A DNA stretch of 64,000 nt, taken from the NCBI GenBank assembly GCA_965263035.1, contig OZ253580.1:3968001-4032000 (forward strand), given 5' to 3'. The stretch comes from Acidobacteriota bacterium. Its GTDB lineage: Bacteria > Acidobacteriota > UBA6911 > RPQK01 > JAJDTT01. The position numbers were made by a program, and so were the translations under genes. Below, one piece after another: positions 28,972-38,268 of this stretch. The notes under the pieces were generated by a model. That model did no database searches. It was not told the DNA's origin and was given only the letters and a program-made list of their open reading frames with translations. Each line of letters opens with the position of its first letter. Position 1 is the first letter of the stretch.

Positions 28972-30794
28972 GCCGAGCCCGGAGAGCCCGGTCTCGAGCC
29001 GCCCGGCGGCGGAAGCCGGCCCGTCCGGCGAGCCGATTCGACACGTCCCGTCTGTTTCCCCTGCTCCTCTTCCTGGTGGTGCTGGGCCTCTACGCCCCAT
29101 CGGCGGTCAACGACTTCGTTTACGACGACAACGAAGTGATCGTCAACCAGAAGGCGCCCACTTCATTCGCCGAGGTGGCCGGGATCTTCGGCGAACGCCA
29201 CTTCCCCAATCTCCCCTACTACCGCCCCGTCACCCGTACCACTCTGCTCCTGCAGAAGACCTTCCACGAAGACAATCCGGCGCCGTTTCACCTCTTGAAC
29301 GCCACCTTCATGGCCCTGGCTGCCCAAGTGGTCTATTTCCTGCTGCGGCTCCCCGTCTTCGGGGTGGCCCGGACGCCGGCACTCCTGGGAGCGGCGCTCT
29401 TTGCGCTGCATCCCATCGCCTCTTCCTGTGTCTACCCCACCGCCTCGGGGCGGGAGACTCTGCTGCCGTCGCTCTGGACCCTGCTCTCCATGTACGCCTT
29501 CCTGAGGCGGGGCCGGGGCTGGCAGGCGCTTTGCCTGGCGGCTTTCGCCGGCGCCCTCTTCAGCAAGGAACAGGCGGTGGTGATCCCCGTTCTCTTCGTG
29601 CTGGCGGACGCTTTGGGCATCTCGCCCGATCCGCCCGGCCGGAACCTGCGCCGGTGGGTGGTGCGATACCTGCCGCTGCTTCCGATCCTGGCCGGGTATT
29701 TCTGGATTCGGCACCTGCTCTTCGGCGGTTCCGAGTACGCCTTCGGCGAGCTCACGGGTCCGCTGTTCGCATTGGGCTACGCGATCCAGACCCTGCTCCT
29801 GCCCTTCGCCCAACTGGTCTACGAACCTACCCTGCCGATCTGGCTCTCCTGGCCCCGTCTGATCCTGGCTTGTCTGGCCACCGGGGGACTGGTGGTGCTG
29901 GCCCTGCGCCTGGAGCCCCGCCACCGTCCAGTGCTTCTCTTCTGGTCGGGCTGGTTCGTGGTGACTTTGGCTCCCACCGCCAACATCATCCAACAGGAGG
30001 CCAAGTACGATGAGCGCTACGTGTTCCTAGCGTCTCTGGCGCTGATCGCCGTAGGCGCGGCTGTGGTGTCCCAGGGAGAAAGGTCAGGCGGGTTCGGCAG
30101 GATCGGATCCGCAGTGGGTCTCCTCCTGGTCGGCGTCGCCGGACTCATCAGCTTCCACCGATCCGCCTACTTCCACGACAACCTGGCCTTCAGCCACCAA
30201 TGGCTCCGCACCGATCCCCAATCGGTCAATGCTCACTACAACCTGGGCTTCGGTCTGGCCCAACTGGGACGTCATCAGGAGGCGGTGCAGGCCTATGAGC
30301 GGGCTCTGGAGATCGAGCCGGACTACGGCTACGCGCACAATAATCTGGGGAACGCCCTGACCCAGGTGGGAAAACGTGCAGAGGCGATCGGACACTTCCG
30401 AAAGGCCTTGGAGCTCGATGCCTCCTATGCCGAGGCCCACCACAATCTGGCCAACGTCCTGGTGGAGGAGAACCGGCGTGACGAAGCGTTGGAGCATTTG
30501 CAGGAGGCCGTGCGGCTCCGGCCCGACTTCGCCGAGGCCCAAATGAATCTGGGCAACCTCCTCACCGGAAAGGGAAACGCCGCGGAGGCGGTCACCCGCT
30601 ACCGCTCGGCCCTGAAACTGAAGCCCGACTTCGCCGAGGCCCACAACAATCTGGCCAACGCACTGGTAGCGTTGGGGCGGCTTCGAGAGGCGATCTCCCA
30701 TTACTCGGAAGCCCTGCGAATCCGGCAGGACTATCCCGAGGCCCGGCGCAACCGGGAACTGGTATTGATGGAGTTGACGAGAACCGGAGGTTGA
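28968..30794 (+). CDS. TMTC-like membrane glycosyltransferase with TPR repeats
   Basis: FVYDD, YYRPVT, LFALHP, LFSKE, ERYVFL followed by TPRs. Confidence 0.85.
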   Translation: MSRARRARSRAARRRKPARPASRFDTSRLFPLLLFLVVLGLYAPSAVNDFVYDDNEVIVNQKAPTSFAEVAGIFGERHFPNLPYYRPVTRTTLLLQKTFHEDNPAPFHLLNATFMALAAQVVYFLLRLPVFGVARTPALLGAALFALHPIASSCVYPTASGRETLLPSLWTLLSMYAFLRRGRGWQALCLAAFAGALFSKEQAVVIPVLFVLADALGISPDPPGRNLRRWVVRYLPLLPILAGYFWIRHLLFGGSEYAFGELTGPLFALGYAIQTLLLPFAQLVYEPTLPIWLSWPRLILACLATGGLVVLALRLEPRHRPVLLFWSGWFVVTLAPTANIIQQEAKYDERYVFLASLALIAVGAAVVSQGERSGGFGRIGSAVGLLLVGVAGLISFHRSAYFHDNLAFSHQWLRTDPQSVNAHYNLGFGLAQLGRHQEAVQAYERALEIEPDYGYAHNNLGNALTQVGKRAEAIGHFRKALELDASYAEAHHNLANVLVEENRRDEALEHLQEAVRLRPDFAEAQMNLGNLLTGKGNAAEAVTRYRSALKLKPDFAEAHNNLANALVALGRLREAISHYSEALRIRQDYPEARRNRELVLMELTRTGG

Positions 30795-30932
30795 GCCGGC
30801 GTGGCGCGTCCCGTTCCCCCGTTGGGCTACGAGCGGGTCGAACGTGGGGACGGCTCTTGCCGCGGGCTGATATCATAGGGGAGCGAATTCAATCGTATCG
30901 CGCGCAATGCCCGATCAAGGGGGAAAAGACAG

Positions 30933-32558
30933 ATGCCCTCGAGCTTGAGATGGAGCGGCGGTCCAGTAGCGGGCTTGGTCTTGGTGGCCCTGTTGGCCGG
31001 CGGATTCCGGCCTGGGATGAAGGAAGAGCAGGATCAGCGGTCGAAGCAGGCTCAGGAAGAGCAGGACTACTTCAAGAAATGGCTCAACGAAGACGTGGTC
31101 TACGTCATCACCAACGAGGAACGGAGCGTCTTCGAGAAGCTCAACACGCCTGCGGAGAAGGAGCGGTTCATCGAGCAGTTCTGGGTCCGCCGCGATCCCT
31201 CTCCGGGCACCTCTTACAACGACTTCAAGGAAGAGCACTACCGGCGGATCAAGTACTCCAACGAGCGCTACGCCGCGGGCTTCCCGGGCTGGATGTCGGA
31301 TCGGGGGAAGATCTACATCAAGTTCGGTCCTCCCGACGAGATCCGAAGCAACCCCAGCGGCGGGATCCACTCTCGAGAATTCTACGAGGGAGGCGGCACG
31401 GCGGTCACCTATCCCTTCGAAATCTGGTGGTACCGGCATATCGAGGGGATGGGACAGGACATCGAGATGGAGTTCGTGGACCGGCTCAACAGCGGAGAGT
31501 TCCGCCTGGCCATGGACCAGTGGGAGAAGGAGGTCGGCTTCGAGATGGGGATCGGACCCACCACCTTTGAGCAACTGGGACTGGTGACCCGGGCGGAAAT
31601 GAACCGGGCGCGCTATTTGGGCAACTCGGGCAATCCCTACGTTCGCAGCACCCGCATCCAGGACCAGCCCCTGGAGCGCCTGAGTCGTTACGCCCAGCTC
31701 ATGAAACCGCCCGTGATCCGGTTCGATGACCTGCGGACGGTGGTGGAGACCCGGGTCCGGTTCCAACAGATTCCGGTTTCGGTGGTGGCTCACGTGACCC
31801 CCATTCACGAGAACCTGAGCCTGGCGCTGGTGACGGCCAAGATCCAGGTCAGTCCGGAAAACTACGCCCAGACCGGAGACGTCTGGCGTTCGGAAACCCA
31901 TATCTACGGCCGGCTGAGCGACCTCACCGGGAAAGTGGTCTACGAGTTCGACGACGACGTGGTCAGCACCCTCGGCGCCGCACCGTCGGGTCGCGGACTT
32001 GCTCAACGCCTTTATCAGAGGAAGATTCCCGTCAAGCGCGGGCGCTTCAAGCTCCAGTTCGTGGTGCGGGAGGTGAAGGCGGAAAAGACCGGAACCTTGG
32101 AGACCGTGGTCGTGGTGCCGGGTCCGTCGGAAAAGCTCCGGGGCACCATGGTGCTGGCGGACCGGGCAGCCCCGGTCCGGCCCGGAGAGTCCCTGGTGGA
32201 CCCCTTCGTAGTCACCGAGGACCTGAAGGTGTATCCCAGCATCGATGGACAGTTCGCTCCCTCGGACCGGCTGGGCGTCTATCTGGAGGTTCACAATCTG
32301 TCCCAGGACATGGCCACCCAAACGGCGGACGTGAAGTTCCGTTACAGCGTGGTCTCCAAGGATGGAACGCTCGTCGCCGATCTGGCCAAGGAGCTGGAGC
32401 CGAGGCGGGTCGAGAACAACTCGGTCGTCAACGCATTCTTCGCCTTCCCCCTCCAGACCTTGGCGGCCGGAGAGTACTCGTTCCAGATGGAGGTGACGGA
32501 CCTGATCTCGGAAAACCGTCTGCTGCTCAAGGACAACTTCCGCGTCGAAGCCAACTGA
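30933..32558 (+). CDS. GWxTD domain protein
   Basis: YFKKWLNEDVVYVI, FWVRRDP, PGWMSDRGKIYIKFGPPD. Confidence 0.9.
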   Translation: MPSSLRWSGGPVAGLVLVALLAGGFRPGMKEEQDQRSKQAQEEQDYFKKWLNEDVVYVITNEERSVFEKLNTPAEKERFIEQFWVRRDPSPGTSYNDFKEEHYRRIKYSNERYAAGFPGWMSDRGKIYIKFGPPDEIRSNPSGGIHSREFYEGGGTAVTYPFEIWWYRHIEGMGQDIEMEFVDRLNSGEFRLAMDQWEKEVGFEMGIGPTTFEQLGLVTRAEMNRARYLGNSGNPYVRSTRIQDQPLERLSRYAQLMKPPVIRFDDLRTVVETRVRFQQIPVSVVAHVTPIHENLSLALVTAKIQVSPENYAQTGDVWRSETHIYGRLSDLTGKVVYEFDDDVVSTLGAAPSGRGLAQRLYQRKIPVKRGRFKLQFVVREVKAEKTGTLETVVVVPGPSEKLRGTMVLADRAAPVRPGESLVDPFVVTEDLKVYPSIDGQFAPSDRLGVYLEVHNLSQDMATQTADVKFRYSVVSKDGTLVADLAKELEPRRVENNSVVNAFFAFPLQTLAAGEYSFQMEVTDLISENRLLLKDNFRVEAN

Positions 32559-32588
32559 CCGGGTGGTTGACTGGCCCCTGGCTCGAGC

Positions 32589-34484
32589 ATGCGCCCGTTC
32601 ATCGACAATCTGCCGGAGCGGATCTCCCGAGCCCTGGCGTGGGCGGTGGCGCTGCTGCTCGCAGGCGTGGCCTCCCTGACGGCTGCGGAGCCGCTGTCCA
32701 CACCGTCGACCGGTCAGGGTCGTCCTTCCGCCCCTTCGGGAATCATCCTGATCACAGTGGACACGCTTCGGGCTGACCGGCTCGAAACCTACGGCTACAC
32801 GCGGACACCGACTCCAGCGGTCAACGCCCTGGCTGCCGACGGCGTCCGGTTTTTGCAGGTCATCGCCCAGTCGCCGCTGACACTCCCTTCCCACTGCTCC
32901 ATTCTGACCGGATCATTTCCCTACCACACAGGAGTCCGGGACCAGGCCGGGTTCAGCTTGAAGCCGGAGCATCTGACGCTGGCCGAGCGGCTCCGGTCCG
33001 AGGGGTATCGGACGGCGGCCTTCATCGGCTCCTCCGTCCTCAACGCCGGTACCGGGCTGGATCAGGGGTTCGACCTCTACTGGGATCTTCCTGAGCAGGG
33101 TCCTCCCGAACGGCGGGGCGGGGAAGTGATGGGCCGGGCGCTGGAGTGGATGTCTACCCAAGGTGACGGCCGGTTCTTTGCCTGGATCCACCTCTTCGAT
33201 CCCCATGCCCCCTATGCCGCTCCCGAGCCCTTCAAGAGCCGTTACCGGACTCGCCCCTACGATGGCGAGGTGGCCTACGTCGACTCGCTGACCGGCGACC
33301 TGGTCCGGCATCTGAAACAGCTTCGGCTCTACGATCGGACGCTCCTCGTCTTCACCAGCGATCACGGCGAGAGTCTGGGAGAGCACGGCGAATCGAGTCA
33401 CGGCATGTTCCTCTATGACGCCACCGTGCGGATTCCGCTCATCATCAAAGCTGCCGGCTCGACCTGGAAGGGCAAGGTGATCCGGGAACAGGTGAGGGGC
33501 GTGGATATCGCCCCGACCATCCTTCAACTGGCCGGTCTGCGGGTGGATGACCAGATTCAGGGTAGGGGTCTCCTCTCCCTGATCCGCGGGCGTTGGAACC
33601 AGCCGGGGCTGACCGCCTACAGCGAGACCTACTATCCGTACTACCACTTCCAGTGGAGTCCGCTCTTTTCCATGCGGGCTCGCGGCTTCAAGTACATCGA
33701 CGCGCCCCAGCCGGAGCTCTACGACTTGGCAAGGGACGCCGGAGAGCGGCGCAACATCATCGGGGAACGGCCCTCCATGGCGGCGTATCTGCAGGAGACG
33801 TTGGAAGGGGAGTACCAGAAGTTCTCCGCCGGCCGGGAAGAGCCTCCACAGCCGGAGCAGGTGGACCGCGCCACCACCGAGCGCCTCAAAAGCCTGGGCT
33901 ACCTGGGTTTTGCCGCGGGTACGGTGAAGCTCCCGTCCACCGAGGGACTGGCGGACCCCAAGGACCGGATCGGGCTCTACGAACTGCTCCAGCAGGCGTT
34001 CCAGGATTCGAAGGAAGGCCGTCTCATCGAATCCAACAGCAAGTTGAGGAAGGTAGTGGCCCTAGAGGAGGGTCTTATCGACGCCCACCTCTACCTGGGT
34101 CTGAACTCGGTGCAGATGGGGCAATTCAGCGATGCCGTCGAGGCCTTCAAGACTGTGCTCCGCCGCGATCCCAGCAACCTGATGGCTCTTTACAACCTCT
34201 CCCTCTCCTATCTCAATCAAGGCCGCCCCGAGGCAGCCGTGCCGGGCCTGGAACGGACCCTGCAGTTGGACCCGGAAGACGTGGCGGCCCGGGTCGCCTT
34301 GGGAAAGGCGTACCAGTTGGTCGGCAGGCTCGATGACGCCGTCGATGCGCTGGAGACGGCGGCCGCCGCCCGTCCCGATTTTGCCGATGCCCTGGACTTT
34401 CTGAGCCAGGCCTATGCCCAAAAAGGATGGACGTCCAAAGCCGAAACGGCGCGCCGGCGCGCCGACGCCGCGCGAAAACGCTGA
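32589..34484 (+). CDS. Sulfatase-like hydrolase with TPR repeats
   Basis: ITVDTLRAD, TLPSHCSILTG, SDHGESLGEHGE, LKSLGYL. Confidence 0.88.
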   Translation: MRPFIDNLPERISRALAWAVALLLAGVASLTAAEPLSTPSTGQGRPSAPSGIILITVDTLRADRLETYGYTRTPTPAVNALAADGVRFLQVIAQSPLTLPSHCSILTGSFPYHTGVRDQAGFSLKPEHLTLAERLRSEGYRTAAFIGSSVLNAGTGLDQGFDLYWDLPEQGPPERRGGEVMGRALEWMSTQGDGRFFAWIHLFDPHAPYAAPEPFKSRYRTRPYDGEVAYVDSLTGDLVRHLKQLRLYDRTLLVFTSDHGESLGEHGESSHGMFLYDATVRIPLIIKAAGSTWKGKVIREQVRGVDIAPTILQLAGLRVDDQIQGRGLLSLIRGRWNQPGLTAYSETYYPYYHFQWSPLFSMRARGFKYIDAPQPELYDLARDAGERRNIIGERPSMAAYLQETLEGEYQKFSAGREEPPQPEQVDRATTERLKSLGYLGFAAGTVKLPSTEGLADPKDRIGLYELLQQAFQDSKEGRLIESNSKLRKVVALEEGLIDAHLYLGLNSVQMGQFSDAVEAFKTVLRRDPSNLMALYNLSLSYLNQGRPEAAVPGLERTLQLDPEDVAARVALGKAYQLVGRLDDAVDALETAAAARPDFADALDFLSQAYAQKGWTSKAETARRRADAARKR

Positions 34485-34642
34485 TCCACTCGACCCGTAA
34501 TTTTCCGAACCAAATTTCTCTCAATCCTCATCTGGTGTTCTTGACCGGCAACCCTCCGGCGGCTACTCTTTGCGCGTTGAAACCGGGGCCGCGGTCGATC
34601 CGTCCGCGAGCTTTCACCCGTTCATAAGGAGGCAGGAATCGA

Positions 34643-35656
34643 ATGTATCTGACCAACGAGAAAGTCGTCGTTCTGGGCGCCGCCGGCGCCATTGGTTCCA
34701 ACCTGGTGCAGTCGCTGCTTCAGACCGGGACCGCCAATCGGATCTCCATGTACGACCCGATGGAGGGTCCGCTCAAGGGGTCGGCCGAAGAGATCTACCA
34801 CTGTGGATTCCCGGGAGCCCAGGTGACCTGGACCGTGGATGAAGCGGAAGCCCTCGCGGACGCTGCCTACATCATCACGGCAGGAGGCGCTCCCCGCCGG
34901 CAGGGGATGACCCGGGAGGACCTGCGCAAGGACAACTGCAAGATCGCCAGGAACCTGGGCCAACAGATCAAGCGGCATTGTCCGGCCTGTAAGCTGGCCG
35001 TCGTCATCTTCAATCCCGCCGACATCACGGGTCTCACCACACTGGTCCACTCGGGCCTGCCGGGGTCGGCGGTCGCCACCCTGGCCGCGTTGGACAGCAC
35101 CCGGCTCCAGAGTGCCCTGGCCCAACATTTCTCGGTCGCCCAGGACCAGGTGACCGGTTGCGCCACCTACGGGGGGCACGGCGAACAGATGGCCGTCTTC
35201 AAGGGCAGCATCGCCGTTGCAGGGACGCCCCTTGGCGAGATTCTCGATGGCGCCACCGTCGAGGGGCAGGGTCTGACGCCAAGCCAATGGACCGATCTAA
35301 AGCAGCAGGTCCGGGGGGGCGGCTCGGCTATCATCAAGCTGCGAGGGCGCTCTTCCTTCCAGTCCCCGGCCCACCTGAGCACTTCCATGCTCCGGGGACG
35401 TATCGGCGCCGACGAGTTCCCCTGGCCCTGCGGCACCTACGTCAATCGGGGCGAGTTCCGCCACATCATGATGGCCATGGACACGCGCTTCGGACCCGAC
35501 GGCCTCGAGTACTCGAGGCCCGAAGGAGACGCTGAGGACATGGCCGCACTCCGGAACTCCTACCAGCACCTGACGAACCTCCGGGACCAGACCATCGCCG
35601 ACGGACTTCTGCCACCGTTGGACGAGTGGAAGGACGTGAATCCGAACTTGGTGTGA
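34643..35656 (+). CDS. mdh: Malate dehydrogenase
   Basis: GAAGAIGS, GGAPRRQGMTREDL, IFNPAD, LDSTRL, GGHGE. Confidence 0.88.
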   Translation: MYLTNEKVVVLGAAGAIGSNLVQSLLQTGTANRISMYDPMEGPLKGSAEEIYHCGFPGAQVTWTVDEAEALADAAYIITAGGAPRRQGMTREDLRKDNCKIARNLGQQIKRHCPACKLAVVIFNPADITGLTTLVHSGLPGSAVATLAALDSTRLQSALAQHFSVAQDQVTGCATYGGHGEQMAVFKGSIAVAGTPLGEILDGATVEGQGLTPSQWTDLKQQVRGGGSAIIKLRGRSSFQSPAHLSTSMLRGRIGADEFPWPCGTYVNRGEFRHIMMAMDTRFGPDGLEYSRPEGDAEDMAALRNSYQHLTNLRDQTIADGLLPPLDEWKDVNPNLV

Positions 35657-35752
35657 AGTGTTACGGTCGCTCGATACCGGGCGATCTTGGCACCGATTCC
35701 CCGTCTTTTCCGCTGCTCTGAGTTGGCGGGGGCGCAGCAGACAGAGCATCGT

Positions 35753-36094
35753 TCATACGGCCCCCAGCTCCTGTAGGAGCTTTCCCGTGACCAGTCTGAC
35801 CTGACCCGCCACCACCCGCCCCAGCTTGGAGGCAGCAGACGCGTCGATCGTCGCTATCTTGGCACTGCGGATGAGGGATGGGACGGGCAGGCCCGCCATC
35901 TTCAGGTCAGCAACCGAAACATCGTCGGGCCAGCCTCGGTTCTCGGCGCTGGTAATCATAACGATCCACAACAGGCCGTGTAGATCCTGAAGTCGAGCCG
36001 TCGATACCACCAAGGCTGGTCGCCACTGACGCGTCGCGCTGTCCGTGTACGGGAACGGAACCTTGACAACGTCACCTCGCTCAAAGGTTTGCAT
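35753..36094 (-). CDS. PemK/MazF-family toxin
   Basis: RGDVVKVPFPYTD...RPALVVS, MITS. Confidence 0.9.
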   Translation of the reverse strand: MQTFERGDVVKVPFPYTDSATRQWRPALVVSTARLQDLHGLLWIVMITSAENRGWPDDVSVADLKMAGLPVPSLIRSAKIATIDASAASKLGRVVAGQVRLVTGKLLQELGAV

Positions 36095-36299
36095 AGGCCT
36101 TGGTGTCCGCTTCCGATCGCCATTCCTCGAAGGTGCGGAACGGGTCGTCCGTCGTGGCGCCTCGCCTCGCTTTGGTGAGGATTACTTGTCCATCAATGAT
36201 CTCGTACAACAGCTCGTCCCCGGGCTGCAACCCGAGCGCAGTGCGGATCGGAAGCGGGATGGTTGTCTGGGCCTTGGAAGTTAGCTTGCTGATGATCAT
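36081..36299 (-). CDS. AbrB/MazE (PrlF-like) antitoxin
   Basis: SKLTSKAQTTIPLPIRTALGL; overlaps the toxin start. Confidence 0.88.
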   Translation of the reverse strand: MIISKLTSKAQTTIPLPIRTALGLQPGDELLYEIIDGQVILTKARRGATTDDPFRTFEEWRSEADTKAYANL

Positions 36300-36337
36300 G
36301 GCCCCCCCCTCCGTCTGTTCTGTCGGACTCCCCTATT

Positions 36338-36354
36338 GTAAGGAACTTCCTTAC
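36338..36354. promoter_or_regulatory. Palindromic operator upstream of the antitoxin
   Basis: GTAAGGAA-C-TTCCTTAC perfect palindrome. Confidence 0.6.
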
Positions 36355-36523
36355 TTGCTGTCACCTCTCCATGACATCACCTCTCGGAAGAGAGGAGAAG
36401 GGGACAGTCACTTTCTCTTGAATCCGGTTGGACGAGTGGAAGGATGTGAATCCGAATCTGGTGTGAACTGAGTGTTCCCGGGACCAGGCTGCTGCCAATC
36501 CCGCGAAGTGAATAGAGCTTGGC

Positions 36524-36891
36524 TCAGTGGACTCTGCCGGGTGAGAAGGCTTTCTCCTCCTCGTACCCATGGGTCAGGACGAAGAAGTACGACGGGCTCG
36601 GGCCCGCATCCGACTCGTGACCAGCTCGTAGAGGTTCTCGTTGTCGGTCTCTCCGGCCACCGCCTGGACGTAGCGAATCTCCTCGGATTTGACGAAAAGC
36701 TCGCCCAGCAGGAGCTTGCCCCGGAGAACCTGAACCAGCAACGTGCCGTCGGGCTCGCTGGCGAAATGCCAGTGGAGGTCCTCGTCGTCGTAGAGGACGG
36801 CGTTCATGGTCCCCGCCCTCAAGATGCAGTTGGGATGGGCGTTGAGCCATCTCCAGAATGCGTCGAACGTCATCGTAAAAGGAGCTTCCAT
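36524..36891 (-). pseudogene. Hypothetical protein with an apparent 1-nt deletion near 36617
   Basis: ...NLYELVT continues plausibly as ESDAGPSPSYFFVLTHGYEEEK...VH* in another frame. Confidence 0.6.
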
Positions 36892-36949
36892 GGGGTTGAT
36901 GTTAACAGCCCGTCGTAAGCGTCGTCACGGCATGCGACCGGGTCTCCGG

Positions 36950-38194
36950 TTATCGCCGGAGCGCCGCGTCGACGCCCAGATATCCTGCCAGCAGGAAAAA
37001 AAGGAGGATGGAGGCCAGCACTACCGAGGTCCAGGGCCGGTTCCTGTAGCGGTGGCCGATCCATCCAGCCTTGCCGTTCATGCGCAGCAACGCGGCCGCC
37101 AGCATGGGGACGAAGAGCACCCCCACGATGGCATAGGTCTTCTGCATCCGGGCGAACCCGACCCACAGACCCAGCATCGGAATCGTGGCCATGGCGTACA
37201 TGTAACCCCGGTAGAATCTGGAGTCGCAGTCCACTCGACGGCGCTTGCCCGACCCCTTGACCCCCATCAGCGAGGTCAGATCCGTAAACAGGTACGGAAT
37301 GCTCTGCCACGCTCCCAGCAGGCTGCTGAAGATGGCTCCCCAGGCTCCCAACAGGAACGCCCATCCCCCCAAAGGACCCAGGGAGTCCGTCAGACGTTCC
37401 GCCAGGCGAATCAGCAAGGTGGCGCCGCCGCCCCCAACCTCGATCTGGCTGCCGATGATCACCATGGCCAGCCCGAACAGGGCCGTCACGACGTAGGCGG
37501 CGGCCAGATCGAGACGGCAGACTCTGAGCGCCTTCGTGCCGGTGCGCCCTTCCTCCTGGATCCAGTAGCCGTAGCAAAGAATGGTGACCGTTCCGCCCAC
37601 GCCCCCCATGAGGGCCAGCGTCCAACCCAGTCCCTGTCCGCTCGGCTGGGGAATGGCGGGCCACACCAGACCGGCGGCGACGTCCCCCCAATCGGGAGCC
37701 AGGAGAAAGGCGGAGATCACGACCGTGCAGAACATCAGGCCGATGCAGACTTTCATGACCCTTTCGAAGAGCCGGTAGCCCCCCAGGCGGACCATCAAGA
37801 CTCCGATCAGGCTCCACACGACCCCGTGGACGATCTTGCCGGTGGCCGGGTCGGAGTGGAGAGGCAGGAGGGCGTGGGAAGCCACCCCGCAGGCGCTCAT
37901 CAGCGCCGCCGCCACCAGGAAGCTCCAGACCACCAGGTATCCCAGGAAGAGGTATTGGACGGGGCGGCCCAGGCGATCCACGGCTCCTTCCACCAAGGTC
38001 TGGCCCGTAGCCAGTTGCCAGCGGGTGATCCCCTCGCTGAGGACGAACTTGAAGAAACTCCCGGCCAGCACGGCCCAGAGGATGGCGACCCCCAGCTTCG
38101 ATCCGGCGAAACCGGCGGTGGCCAGGTCGCCGGCGCCCACGCCGGTGGCCGCCACCAGAATTCCGGGTCCCAATATGGAGAGCGGATTTCTCAT
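36950..38194 (-). CDS. Nramp-like transporter
   Basis: LGPGILVAATGVGAGD; many transmembrane segments. Confidence 0.85.
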   Translation of the reverse strand: MRNPLSILGPGILVAATGVGAGDLATAGFAGSKLGVAILWAVLAGSFFKFVLSEGITRWQLATGQTLVEGAVDRLGRPVQYLFLGYLVVWSFLVAAALMSACGVASHALLPLHSDPATGKIVHGVVWSLIGVLMVRLGGYRLFERVMKVCIGLMFCTVVISAFLLAPDWGDVAAGLVWPAIPQPSGQGLGWTLALMGGVGGTVTILCYGYWIQEEGRTGTKALRVCRLDLAAAYVVTALFGLAMVIIGSQIEVGGGGATLLIRLAERLTDSLGPLGGWAFLLGAWGAIFSSLLGAWQSIPYLFTDLTSLMGVKGSGKRRRVDCDSRFYRGYMYAMATIPMLGLWVGFARMQKTYAIVGVLFVPMLAAALLRMNGKAGWIGHRYRNRPWTSVVLASILLFFLLAGYLGVDAALRR

Positions 38195-38268
38195 CTTGTG
38201 CCTCGCGCCAGTCTGCTACAGTGAGCGGCTGTTCATCGGATTTCCAGCCAATTTTTAAGGGGTTGAAT

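Larger units (their letters stand above)
35617..36467 (+). repeat. 41-bp direct repeat of the mdh 3' end (35617-35657 and 36427-36467) flanking a toxin-antitoxin pair
   Basis: 38/41 identical; all three differences are synonymous in the mdh frame. Confidence 0.85.
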
